Source: an uncultured Bacteroidales bacterium
Lineage (GTDB): Bacteria > Bacteroidota > Bacteroidia > Bacteroidales > UBA4417
Direction of reading: 5' to 3'
DNA length: 64,000 nucleotides
Assembly: GCA_903946925.1 (NCBI GenBank)
Contig: CAJAXK010000053.1
Location: 5,558-69,557 of the forward strand
The notes beneath the pieces were generated by a model. The model searched no databases, had not been told where the DNA came from, and saw only the letters and a program-made list of their open reading frames with translations. This document shows positions 1 to 8,987 of the stretch, in pieces. The position numbers and the translations under genes are program-made. How positions within the stretch are numbered: position 1 is the stretch's first letter; every line of letters begins with the position of its first letter.

Positions 1-612
1 TGGACTATACGTAAGGAATTGATATGGAATGTGGGAATGTTTGCTATCCTTATTGTAGGGTTTACTGTTTCAGCAATGGTTTTTGATATTTCGACTATGA
101 AATCCCTCACCATATTCCGTTCGGGCGCTTTAGCATTATTACCTTTGATCCTATTTAATTTATCGAATTATAATAATTCGTTGAAAACTAAGGTAGTGCA
201 GGTTATTGATTCGGGCCGTCATTGGCTTGCCGAAGAACGTAAAAATTCGCACCACGTTACTGATGAGCATATTAGGATTGAATCGGAAAACGGAAAGGAA
301 GTTTTTGAAGCTGATTTGAAAGACATTATCCTGATACAATCCGCAAGTAATTACATCGAGATTTATACAATCCAAGGTGCTGCTATCCGCAAAGCTTTGG
401 TTCGGCAGACATTGAACGGTGTAGAGGTGTTATTATCAAAATTCAATAATATTAAACGCTGTCATAGGTGTTGCCTTGTTAATATTAACCAAATTTCAAA
501 ATTGTCGGGTACATCGCCCAATTACAGCCTCGAAGCATTCAAGCTCGATTTTGGTATCCCAATTTCACGTCAATATGTAGCTTCTTTTCGCAAGCTTCTT
601 TCAACAAGATAA
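1..612 (+). CDS. LytTR-domain DNA-binding protein with N-terminal membrane segments; 5' end probably outside the window
   Basis: The frame is open back to position 1 (the track start at 19 is TTG). Hydrophobic N-terminal segments are followed by a LytTR-like pattern IRIESENGKEVF..ILIQSASNYIEIYT..RQTL..KRCHRCCLVNINQI. Confidence 0.7.
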   Translation, partial: WTIRKELIWNVGMFAILIVGFTVSAMVFDISTMKSLTIFRSGALALLPLILFNLSNYNNSLKTKVVQVIDSGRHWLAEERKNSHHVTDEHIRIESENGKEVFEADLKDIILIQSASNYIEIYTIQGAAIRKALVRQTLNGVEVLLSKFNNIKRCHRCCLVNINQISKLSGTSPNYSLEAFKLDFGIPISRQYVASFRKLLSTR

Positions 613-910
613 AGTTAAAACAACCAGATTTTTTCATTTTTCCACCCAAATCAGGCTTTAAAAGCAAATTGATTTGTTAATTTGGAGCATATTTTACATG
701 CGTTTCGTCCCTTGGCAACCTGCATTTCGTCCCTAAACCATACGATTCCGCCCTTTTTATACCATGTAACCCATTTTTGTGAATATAAAAATCATCAGCA
801 GTACTTTTGTAATATTGAATGGCGGTATTGTGATAGGTCGCCGAAACGAAGCTTGATTCCAATTCAGCAGGCATTTTCCAAAAATAATCATTTCCAAGAA
901 AAATTTAAAC

Positions 911-2017
911 ATGAAAACATTGAACATTGGTGGTTTGAAAGTTCCAAGTTGTATTGTGCAAGGTGGAATGGGAGTGGGTATCTCTCTTTCGGGATTGGCA
1001 TCGGCAGTTGCAAACGAAGGTGGTGTTGGTGTAATTTCAGCAGCAGGTTTAGGCATGTTGCATAAAGACCCTTCTCAGGATTATCTGGGAAACTGTATTT
1101 CTGGTCTAAGAACTGAAATACGGAATTCAAGGCTTAAATCTTCTGGAATAATTGGTGTGAATATAATGGTGGCACTTTCCAATTACGAGGATCTTGTGCG
1201 CACCTCAATTGAGGAAGGGGTTGATATTGTAATTTCCGGTGCCGGGCTTCCGCTCGATCTGCCTAAGTTCCTTACCCCAAATTGCAAAACCCGGCTTGTT
1301 CCCATTGTTTCGTCGGCCAGGGCAGCAGCGTTGATATGCAACAAGTGGCTTGCCAATTACAATTACCTTCCCGATGCCATTATTGTTGAAGGCCCAAAGG
1401 CTGGCGGTCATTTGGGTTTTAAATTGGAGCAAATTTTTGACGAAAACTTTTCACTCGAAAAACTTATCCCCGAGGTAGTTTCAGTAGTGAGCAGTATTTC
1501 GGAGGTGAATGGGAAAGAAATCCCGGTTATTGCTGCCGGTGGCATATATTCAGGTTCCGATATGCTGAAAATCATGCGCTTGGGTGCTTCGGGTGTACAA
1601 ATGGGAACCCGATTTGTAACAACGGATGAATGTGATGCTTCGCTTGAGTTTAAGCAAGCCTACTTAGATGCAAAAAAAGAAGATGTAATGATCATTAAAA
1701 GCCCTGTCGGGATGCCTGGTAGGGCCATTAAATCACCTTTCCTCGATGAAGTTATTGCGGGGAAACGCCAACCCAAAACCTGTCCGGTTAATTGTATCCG
1801 AACCTGCGACATTAATACGGCACCTTACTGTATAATTGCCTCGCTCACTTCAGCTTTACGTGGAAATTTCCGCAGAGGTTATGCTTTTGCCGGAAGCAAT
1901 GTATGGCGTACCAACAAAATTATTCCTGTGCGGGAGCTAATGGAAACTATACGTAAGGAGTATTTAGCTTACTTAAAGAAAGATGAATTGGTATTTGTTA
2001 ATGCCGGACCACTTTAA
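911..2017 (+). CDS. NAD(P)H-dependent flavin oxidoreductase, nitronate monooxygenase / FabK-like family
   Basis: 368-aa ORF. IVQGGMGVGISLSGLASAVANEGGVGVISAAG near the N-terminus and AAGGIYSG..GASGVQMGTRF later are typical of the NMO/FabK TIM-barrel flavoproteins. Confidence 0.65.
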   Translation: MKTLNIGGLKVPSCIVQGGMGVGISLSGLASAVANEGGVGVISAAGLGMLHKDPSQDYLGNCISGLRTEIRNSRLKSSGIIGVNIMVALSNYEDLVRTSIEEGVDIVISGAGLPLDLPKFLTPNCKTRLVPIVSSARAAALICNKWLANYNYLPDAIIVEGPKAGGHLGFKLEQIFDENFSLEKLIPEVVSVVSSISEVNGKEIPVIAAGGIYSGSDMLKIMRLGASGVQMGTRFVTTDECDASLEFKQAYLDAKKEDVMIIKSPVGMPGRAIKSPFLDEVIAGKRQPKTCPVNCIRTCDINTAPYCIIASLTSALRGNFRRGYAFAGSNVWRTNKIIPVRELMETIRKEYLAYLKKDELVFVNAGPL

Positions 2018-2051
2018 AAAATGGATTAAAAACCAAATGAAATAGTTATAT

Positions 2052-2090
2052 AAATCCCTGTATTTTAAATAATGCAGGGATTTTGTTTTG
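2052..2090 (+). terminator. Rho-independent terminator after the NMO/FabK-like gene
   Basis: Stem AAATCCCTG (2052-2060) / CAGGGATTT (2075-2083) followed by a TTTGTTTT tract. Confidence 0.6.
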
Positions 2091-2104
2091 GCATAAGTTT
2101 GACT

Positions 2105-2340
2105 CAGATTATTCTGATTTTCTTAAACCATGATTAAAATATTAGTAATTATTCACCCTTAACATGAATACCGAAGAAAGTACCATTTTAATTGAATAAG
2201 GCATTTAAGCTTTAGGCTTTTAGGGCTTTGCTAATCAAAAAATGCTTGATTTTACTCTACAATAGCGAATAGGAAGATGAACCCTAACACCCAACCCCCA
2301 AATCCTAACACCTAAAAGTTAAATACTCTAATTTATACAA
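2105..2340. repeat. Composite intergenic repeat, copy 1 (TTAGGC-type arm, core, CCTAAC-type arm)
   Basis: Aligns by eye along about 215 bp with 11747-11960: attctgattt..taaacca..taattattcaccctt..ttaggcttttagggctttgctaatcaaa..gaaccctaac..cctaaaagttaa. Confidence 0.6.
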
Positions 2341-2359
2341 ATATATGATTATCAGCTTC

Positions 2360-2797
2360 TTATATTTCTGAAAAATCTTCCGATTTAGGGAATGAATTCA
2401 GCACATCCATAGCTATTTGTGGTAGTTGGTTCCTCAACTTCCTCAATTTTGTATCAATCCAAGCCCCGTCAACCGTAATTATAGCACAGGTTTTGCCCTG
2501 CTGATTCAAAAGAAGATGCTCGATCGTCCAGCGCGATGCATCAGGTTTCATTTTTGATATTTTTGTACTGATGCTAATCTCGTCCGCAAAACGGATTTCC
2601 CTTTTAAACACACATTCTTCCCGAAACACTACAGGTCCAAAATTCTGTTCCTGCATCAATTGGAGTGTAAGCCTGGAATTTTCCAATATTTCTATGCGGT
2701 GTTGTGCCCCAAAGTCATAATAAACACTGTGCCTCAGATGAAAATTTGGGTCAATATCGGCCCAACGGATTGATATTTGTTTTGTAAATGGGTTAAT
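2360..2797 (-). CDS. 4HBT-fold acyl-CoA thioesterase (YbgC-like); start codon uncertain
   Basis: The track ORF starts at an internal TTG (2686). The frame stays open upstream to a TAG at 2810-2812 and encodes NPFTKQISIRWADIDPNFHLRHSVYYDFGAQHRIE, a typical hot-dog thioesterase N-terminus. There is no ATG/GTG/TTG in that stretch; ATT at 2795-2797 is the best candidate. Confidence 0.6.
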   Translation of the reverse strand: MNPFTKQISIRWADIDPNFHLRHSVYYDFGAQHRIEILENSRLTLQLMQEQNFGPVVFREECVFKREIRFADEISISTKISKMKPDASRWTIEHLLLNQQGKTCAIITVDGAWIDTKLRKLRNQLPQIAMDVLNSFPKSEDFSEI

Positions 2798-2978
2798 TCT
2801 CGTAGGCTGCTATAAGGTGAAAAGTTTTTATCCCGTCATTTATCATCAAAAATCCCAATGTAGGCTGAACCAATGAGACAGACTCAAAATTGATATCATA
2901 TATGTTTTAAAATGGGAACCAATATCCAACCAGTCTTTTCCTTTCGGTAAGTTTTTTTAGATTCCATACTTCAATTTT

Positions 2979-3191
2979 TCAGGTTTCCTTTATGGTTATC
3001 ACTTGCCGCTGAAATTTTACAACATCCCCTGTCCGCAGTTTCTTTCGTTTCTGGTATTCAACCTGATTGTTTACAACAACTTCGCCATCCACAATGCGTT
3101 GGTTGGCTTCGCCGCCTGTATCCACAAGCCCTAATAACTTCAGGAGTTGGTTTAGTTGGATGTATTCGTGGCCTATTAGTTCAAATTCCAT
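2979..3191 (-). CDS. S4-domain RNA-binding protein (YbcJ-like)
   Basis: 70 aa. IQLNQLLKLLGLVDTGGEANQRIVDGEVVVNNQVEYQKRKKLRTGDVV matches the small S4-domain protein pattern. Confidence 0.7.
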   Translation of the reverse strand: MEFELIGHEYIQLNQLLKLLGLVDTGGEANQRIVDGEVVVNNQVEYQKRKKLRTGDVVKFQRQVITIKET

Positions 3192-3200
3192 CTTTTTTAA

Positions 3201-3396
3201 GGGGTTGGGGGTTTGGGATTGCGGATTGCGGATTGTGGATTGCGGATTACGGATTTTGGATTGCGGATTGCTGATTACGGATTGCTGATTACGGATTTTG
3301 GATTTTGGATTGCGGATTTCAGATTTCGGATTCTGGATTGTGGATTTCGGATTTCGGATTGTGGATTGTGGATTTCAGATTACAGATTTCGGATAG
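3201..3396. repeat. Degenerate heptamer tandem array, unit GGATTNN (about 27 units)
   Basis: Reads ggattgc ggattgc ggattgt ggattgc ggattac ggatttt and so on, without interruption, and abuts the start codon of the S4 gene. Confidence 0.9.
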
Positions 3397-3413
3397 GGAA
3401 TTTATTTTCCGTT

Positions 3414-3458
3414 TTCACTATTTTCTATTCACTATTTTCTATTCACTATTTTCTATTC
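3414..3458. repeat. 14-bp tandem repeat CACTATTTTCTATT x3
   Basis: Three direct head-to-tail copies, ending about 10 bp short of the 3' end (stop codon) of the POT transporter gene. Confidence 0.8.
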
Positions 3459-3466
3459 TCCTTAAA

Positions 3467-4777
3467 CTATTCACTCATTGGCTTTCTCGGTAAAATATAT
3501 TTATTGTACAAAAGCAATCCAATAATGGTCGCAACACCTATCAGACTGAAAATAAACCATAAAACACCGGGTTGATGAAGTTTGTCAACAAAATGAACGT
3601 ACAATGTAGCTCCCAATATCCCGCCAATCCCGCTCCCAATTACACCATAAAGGAATGCATATCCCTGGTACAATGCTTTTTTGTCGGCAGGTGCAATCAA
3701 ACCAACATAAGAAATAAATTTTGGGTGTGCCGTCATTTCACCAATCGAAAATATTACAATCCCACCGATAAAAACCCACGAATAGGTTGAAAGCGAAAGG
3801 ATGGCCATCCCAATTGTGCCTAATGCAATACCGGCAATCATAGTCGGCAGTGCAGGTGTTTTGCGTACAATACTCGAAACCAGCAATTGCAAAAGTATTA
3901 TACATCCCGAACTGATTACGGTAACGTGTTCGGTATCAAATTTCCATGATGGTTCGGAAACAAAAAGCCCAAGAAAAGAATTCACCGCGTTGTTTACCGG
4001 GGTCATATCAATATAATCCTTCAGGTACCAGAGCACGGTATCGAACATTTGAAAATACATGATCCAAAACCCCGAGTAAATAAAAATCATCAACAGGAAA
4101 CGGTAATCTTTCAATACGAGGAAAATACCTTTAAAAACATCTATCAGGGGTTTTGTGCTTTTGGGCCGGGGTGGCTCGCGGTAAACAAATATATTCAGCA
4201 GCAGCATGGAACCTGTACCCACGGCAGCCATCACAAAAATATAGCTCCATCCGATACTTTTCAGGTATGGAACCAGCAGAAGAGGGAAAATAAATGCACC
4301 CAGGTTTATGCTCCAATAATAAATCCCAAAACCAAGCGACGAATTGCTTTCATCCGTAACTCTTGCAATTGTGCCCGAAATAATGGGCTTAAAAAACCCA
4401 GCCCCAATAGCCATAAGTATCAGGCTAAGAAATACCATGCTATACGATGTGGACAAACTGGTGAAAAAATATCCTGTACTCATCACCGTGAAAGCCATCA
4501 TCAGGGTTTTACGGTAGCCAAACCTATCGGCCAAAGCCCCGGCCAGTATTGGCAGGAAATAGAGCAAAGGTGTAATCGTGCTTTTAATTACCCCAACGCT
4601 TTCTTTCGAAAATCCCAATCCGCCTTCGGGAATGCTCAATACCAGATAAACCGAAAGCACCGACATGACCCCATAGTAAGAGCCACGTTCAAAAAACTCC
4701 ATGGTTATTACAGTCCAGAAACTCCGTGGAAACGATTTCATGCCTGGCTTATTCTTTGTGGCTTTCGGATTATTCAT
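3467..4777 (-). CDS. POT/PTR2-family proton-dependent oligopeptide transporter (MFS)
   Basis: 436 aa, multi-TM. The N-terminal MEFFERGSYYGV matches the PTR2 ExxERFxYYG signature. Confidence 0.8.
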   Translation of the reverse strand: MNNPKATKNKPGMKSFPRSFWTVITMEFFERGSYYGVMSVLSVYLVLSIPEGGLGFSKESVGVIKSTITPLLYFLPILAGALADRFGYRKTLMMAFTVMSTGYFFTSLSTSYSMVFLSLILMAIGAGFFKPIISGTIARVTDESNSSLGFGIYYWSINLGAFIFPLLLVPYLKSIGWSYIFVMAAVGTGSMLLLNIFVYREPPRPKSTKPLIDVFKGIFLVLKDYRFLLMIFIYSGFWIMYFQMFDTVLWYLKDYIDMTPVNNAVNSFLGLFVSEPSWKFDTEHVTVISSGCIILLQLLVSSIVRKTPALPTMIAGIALGTIGMAILSLSTYSWVFIGGIVIFSIGEMTAHPKFISYVGLIAPADKKALYQGYAFLYGVIGSGIGGILGATLYVHFVDKLHQPGVLWFIFSLIGVATIIGLLLYNKYILPRKPMSE

Positions 4778-5021
4778 ATTGGTTATTCTAGTTAAATGTT
4801 CTCATGCAAAAGAAAGAAAAATAGTGATACTGTTGATTGCTTATTCTTAAACTGTCCGGATTTCTGATTATGGGATTCACCGATTAATAAGCAAGGTTTA
4901 CAGATGGATTTAATCAACTTGTAGAGAAGCGGCTTAAAAAGTATTGCAATATATTGGTTTTGTTTAATTTAGCAACTTGGATAAGGTTCAAATACATTAA
5001 AAATCATTAATAAAACGTTAG

Positions 5022-5213
5022 ATGCAAAATATAGAGAAAAACTTAAAACTAGCCGGGTATTTGATGCTTGTCCTGGGATTATTTCTACTGCTGCTCAATG
5101 GGGCAATATACTTTTTCAAACTTCAGGCTCAACCAACTTCCAAGTCTTTCGCAATTATGCTGGTTTGCTTTGGTGCATTGTTGGTTCAAAGGGCGAGGGC
5201 TTCCAAATCGTAA
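5022..5213 (+). CDS. Small two-TM hypothetical membrane protein
   Basis: 63-aa ORF with two hydrophobic segments. No family recognised. Confidence 0.3.
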   Translation: MQNIEKNLKLAGYLMLVLGLFLLLLNGAIYFFKLQAQPTSKSFAIMLVCFGALLVQRARASKS

Positions 5214-5377
5214 TACTTTGTTACAAACTGGTTTAAAAAAGGGTGGATATAGCCTACATATTCGGTATTCCCCATGTTTTTAATACCACTTGTAACTTTT
5301 TTGTCTGTCAATTGTCTTAATTACCAGTTCCAATTTTATAACAATCCATTTCTAATTCCAGACCTAAAACCTTGCGT

Positions 5378-7312
5378 ATGAAAAAACTGATTTCAAGCTT
5401 ACCAATACTTATGCTGGCAGTTGTGCTAGGTATTGGCGGATGCAAACAAAAAAATGAAATTATGACAGCTAAACAAATCCCTTTGGAGGATTTTTTCAAG
5501 AACCCTGAGAAATCGGGTTATCAACTTTCGCCAGATGGGAAATACTATGCTTACATGGCTCCTTATATGCGGAGGCTGAACGTTTTTGTGCAGGAAATTG
5601 GCAAGGATTCTGCCATAAGGCTTACAAGCGATACGGCACGTAACATTTCAGGCTATTTCTGGGGCAACAACAACCGTATCCTTTTCTTGAAAGATACTGG
5701 CGGGGATGAGAATTTCAAGCTTTTCGGTGTAAATGTGGATGGTTCCAACCTGATTGGCCTTACCGATTTTCCGAAAGTGAGGACCGAGGTTATTGACGAC
5801 CTTCCCGAAATAGACGAATTTGTGATTGTGGGTCTCAATAAACGTGTTCCAGAGGTTTTTGACCCTTACCGATTGAATATCAATACAGGCGAATTGACCA
5901 TGTTGGCCGAAAACCCTGGAAATATCCAATCCTGGATTACCGACCACGAAGGGAAACTCCGTTTGGCAACAGCTATTGTTGATGGTGTAAACACTGCACT
6001 TCTTTTCAGGGAAAACGAGAAGGATGAGTTTAAAACTGTCCTGACCACAAGTTTCAAAGAAATGTTGGCTCCGCAATTCTTCACTTTCGACAATAAGAAT
6101 ATTTATGCTTCATCCAACCTTGGCCGCGACAAAGCAGCTATTGTTGAATTTGACCCACGCACGGGCAAAGAGGTAAAAGTGCTGTACGAGAATGCAGATT
6201 ATGACGTGGATGCTTTATTTTTCTCCAAGGCACGCAAAGTACTTACAGCAGCCCGATATACTTCGTGGAAACGCGAAAGATATTTCTTCGATAAGCAGTT
6301 TGAAGATTTGGTTGGCAAAATGAAAAAGGAATTTGGAGATATTGAATTCGGGTTTAATTCGAACACAAAAGCAGAGGATAAGTACATTATCAATACTTAC
6401 AGTGATAAAACCATGGGTTCCTATTACTTGTATGATGTCAAGACTGAAAAGCTCGATAAAATTTCGGATGTAAGCCCCTGGCTCGACGAAAAGGAAATGG
6501 CAAGTATGTTGCCAATCGAATACAAAAGCCGCGATGGGCTGACTATCAATGGATATCTTACCCTTCCTAAAGGTTATACCATGGAAAATGCCAAAAACCT
6601 TCCGGTTGTTGTTAATCCTCACGGTGGGCCTTGGTATCGCGATCAATGGGGTTTTAACCCTGAAATACAATTTCTGGCAAACCGCGGATATGCCGTTTTC
6701 CAGATGAACTTCCGTGGATCAACAGGTTATGGTCGCAAATTTTGGGAATCTTCGTTTAAACAATGGGGCAAAACCATGCAGGACGATATTACCGATGGTG
6801 TAAACTGGCTGATTAATGAAGGCATAGCCGATAAATCGAGGATTGCTATTTATGGAGGCAGTTATGGTGGTTATGCCACACTTGCCGGAATTGCATTTAC
6901 TCCCGATTTATATGCAGCCGCTGTTGATTATGTGGGTGTTTCCAACCTTTTTACATTTATGAAAACCATTCCTCCCTATTGGAAACCCATGATGGACATG
7001 ATGTACGAAATGGTTGGCGATCCGATAAAGGACAGTGTTTTAATGCGCGAAGCCTCGCCGGTTTTTCATGTTGACAAGATAAAAACCCCGCTTTTTGTGG
7101 CTCAGGGTGCTAACGACCCACGGGTAAACAAAGCCGAAAGTGATCAAATGGTTGATGCCCTTAAAAAACGCGGAATCGAAATTGAATATATGGTGAAAGA
7201 TAACGAAGGCCATGGTTTCCACAACGAAGAAAATCAATTCGATTTTTACCGATCGATGGAGAAATTTTTGGCAACACATCTTAAAAAAGAAGGAGAACCT
7301 GCAAGCAAATAA
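5378..7312 (+). CDS. S9-family serine peptidase (prolyl oligopeptidase / dipeptidyl peptidase type), lipoprotein
   Basis: First ATG at 5378 (the track start at 5372 is TTG). Lipobox-like LGIGGCKQ, beta-propeller-length N-terminal region, nucleophile elbow IYGGSYGGY, and C-terminal DNEGHGF. Confidence 0.85.
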   Translation: MKKLISSLPILMLAVVLGIGGCKQKNEIMTAKQIPLEDFFKNPEKSGYQLSPDGKYYAYMAPYMRRLNVFVQEIGKDSAIRLTSDTARNISGYFWGNNNRILFLKDTGGDENFKLFGVNVDGSNLIGLTDFPKVRTEVIDDLPEIDEFVIVGLNKRVPEVFDPYRLNINTGELTMLAENPGNIQSWITDHEGKLRLATAIVDGVNTALLFRENEKDEFKTVLTTSFKEMLAPQFFTFDNKNIYASSNLGRDKAAIVEFDPRTGKEVKVLYENADYDVDALFFSKARKVLTAARYTSWKRERYFFDKQFEDLVGKMKKEFGDIEFGFNSNTKAEDKYIINTYSDKTMGSYYLYDVKTEKLDKISDVSPWLDEKEMASMLPIEYKSRDGLTINGYLTLPKGYTMENAKNLPVVVNPHGGPWYRDQWGFNPEIQFLANRGYAVFQMNFRGSTGYGRKFWESSFKQWGKTMQDDITDGVNWLINEGIADKSRIAIYGGSYGGYATLAGIAFTPDLYAAAVDYVGVSNLFTFMKTIPPYWKPMMDMMYEMVGDPIKDSVLMREASPVFHVDKIKTPLFVAQGANDPRVNKAESDQMVDALKKRGIEIEYMVKDNEGHGFHNEENQFDFYRSMEKFLATHLKKEGEPASK

Positions 7313-7333
7313 GTTACTTCTGATTATGTAAAT

Positions 7334-7369
7334 GAAGTCCCGGAATTCTATTTCGGGACTTTTTTTATT
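7334..7369 (+). terminator. Rho-independent terminator after the S9 peptidase gene
   Basis: GAAGTCCCG (7334-7342) / CGGGACTT (7354-7361) followed by a TTTTTTATTT tract. Confidence 0.65.
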
Positions 7370-7461
7370 TGTCAGACGTATCACAAATAATTCCTGGCGT
7401 AAATTGAACAGGAATAAACTAATTTAGCAACCACAAAGTGTAACCCAAAACTGTAAGAAGT

Positions 7462-8865
7462 ATGAAACGCTCAATAAAACTGATACTTATCCTGCTGTTT
7501 TCCACATGTTTTTCAGCAATTGCACAGGTAACTTTTACTATTCAGGAACTTCCATCGTACACCCCATCTCAGGATAGTATTTATATTGCTGGCAACTTTA
7601 CAGGCTGGGAGCCCGGATCGCAAGCTTTTATGCTTCATAAAAATTTGTCAGGTAAATGGGCAATCACCTTAGCTGCACAGTCAAGTGGAACGGTAATTAA
7701 ATACAAGTTTACCCGTGGTTCGTGGGAAACAGTCGAAAAAGGAGCTGGCGGGGAAGAAATTTCCGATCGAGTATATACTTTTGGGAGTACTGATTCAGTT
7801 GATGTAAGCATAGCAAACTGGGCCGATGCTGGCGGTGGAAGCAATTCTACAGCCGCAGCGAATGTAAAAATTATAAGCTCCGACTTTTTTATGCCCCAAC
7901 TGAACCGGACGAGAAGGATTTGGGTGTATTATCCGCCCGATTACGAAACTTCGGCTAAAAGATATCCAGTTCTTTATATGCACGATGGTCAAAATTTATT
8001 CGATGCAGCCACTTCATTTTCAGGCGAATGGGAAGTGGATGAAACACTCAACACACTTGCTGCTCAAGGCAAACAAGTTCCCTTGGTGGTTGGTATTGAC
8101 AATGGAGGAGGTAATAGGATTGGCGAATATACACCTTGGCAAAACCCACAATACGGTGGTGGCGATGGCGAAAAATATATGCAGTTTATTGTCGAAACCC
8201 TTAAACCTTATATAGATGCAAATTTCCGTACATTATCGGATAGGGAGAATACCGGGATAATGGGAAGCTCGCTTGGAGGTTTGATTTCGCATTTTGGATC
8301 GTTAAAGTATCAGGATATTTTTAGCAAAGCAGGTTTGTTTTCGCCTTCGTACTGGTATTCCGACAGCATCTGGCAATATACCCACGATACCGGAAAGCAT
8401 GGCAGTATGAGGTTTTATCAGCTTTGTGGAACCAACGAAAGCTCGGCCATGGAAAGCGAAATGCAGCAAATGAGCGATTCGCTCATTCGGATTGGTTTTG
8501 CCCAAGGGGATATTTTCAATAAAATTGTTATCGGCGGTGGACACAACGAAAAACTTTGGCGCGAAGCTTTTTCCGAAGCTTATCTGTGGCTTTTTAATGG
8601 GTATGTGTATTCGGTTAAGGATGCTGGGAAAGTGAATGCAATTGATTGTTTTCCTAATCCTGTTGATGATGTACTGACTTTAAACTTAAACCAATCAACT
8701 GTTTACGACTCCGTTTTTATAATTGATATGAAAGGGCAGCAGGTGAAAAATTTCTCAAAACTATTCGGAAACAAACTTGATGTACATGATATAAAACCCG
8801 GAACGTATTTGGTTAAATTAGTTAAGGGCGAAACTGTAATGGAAGGCAAGTTTGTAAAAAGGTAA
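7462..8865 (+). CDS. Secreted alpha/beta-hydrolase esterase with N-terminal carbohydrate-binding-like domain and T9SS C-terminal sorting domain
   Basis: Signal peptide; YIAGNFTGWEPG..KYKFTRGSWETVE (CBM20/48-like); VLYMHDGQNLFD and GSSLGG (putative-esterase fold); C-terminal CFPNPVDDVLTLNL..GTYLVKLV (T9SS type-A CTD). Confidence 0.7.
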   Translation: MKRSIKLILILLFSTCFSAIAQVTFTIQELPSYTPSQDSIYIAGNFTGWEPGSQAFMLHKNLSGKWAITLAAQSSGTVIKYKFTRGSWETVEKGAGGEEISDRVYTFGSTDSVDVSIANWADAGGGSNSTAAANVKIISSDFFMPQLNRTRRIWVYYPPDYETSAKRYPVLYMHDGQNLFDAATSFSGEWEVDETLNTLAAQGKQVPLVVGIDNGGGNRIGEYTPWQNPQYGGGDGEKYMQFIVETLKPYIDANFRTLSDRENTGIMGSSLGGLISHFGSLKYQDIFSKAGLFSPSYWYSDSIWQYTHDTGKHGSMRFYQLCGTNESSAMESEMQQMSDSLIRIGFAQGDIFNKIVIGGGHNEKLWREAFSEAYLWLFNGYVYSVKDAGKVNAIDCFPNPVDDVLTLNLNQSTVYDSVFIIDMKGQQVKNFSKLFGNKLDVHDIKPGTYLVKLVKGETVMEGKFVKR

Positions 8866-8987
8866 AAGTCCAAACTTAAATTGTCAACTGCATTTTAGCA
8901 CACTCAGAAGCAACTTTTAAGATACCAGAAATTTTAATTTTTCTTTTGAAATCATAGTATTTTTGCCAGTCAATAGCCAACATTAAT

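Noticed and set aside
677-1130. Cluster of small ORFs (677-874, 682-1065, 757-1056, 888-1130) between the LytTR gene and the NMO/FabK-like gene
   Set aside because: They overlap each other in different frames and strands, partly overlap the well-supported 911-2017 gene, and show no motifs. They are probably spurious.
3067-3575. Track ORFs 3067-3288, 3213-3575 and 3305-3493 (Cys/Gly/Leu/Arg/Ile/Asp-rich repeat proteins)
   Set aside because: They are translations of the GGATTNN heptamer array. Several frames are open simultaneously, the period is 7 bp, and there is no start context. They are repeat artefacts.
4049-4795. Long antisense ORFs opposite real genes (4049-4795, 11202-11726, 52468-52944, 57201-57836, 59928-60572, 60796-61266 and others)
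   Set aside because: Each lies opposite a gene with strong family motifs (POT transporter, flavoprotein, nuoH, YhdH-like, TonB receptor). Their products are low-complexity or basic with no motifs, as is typical of shadow ORFs.
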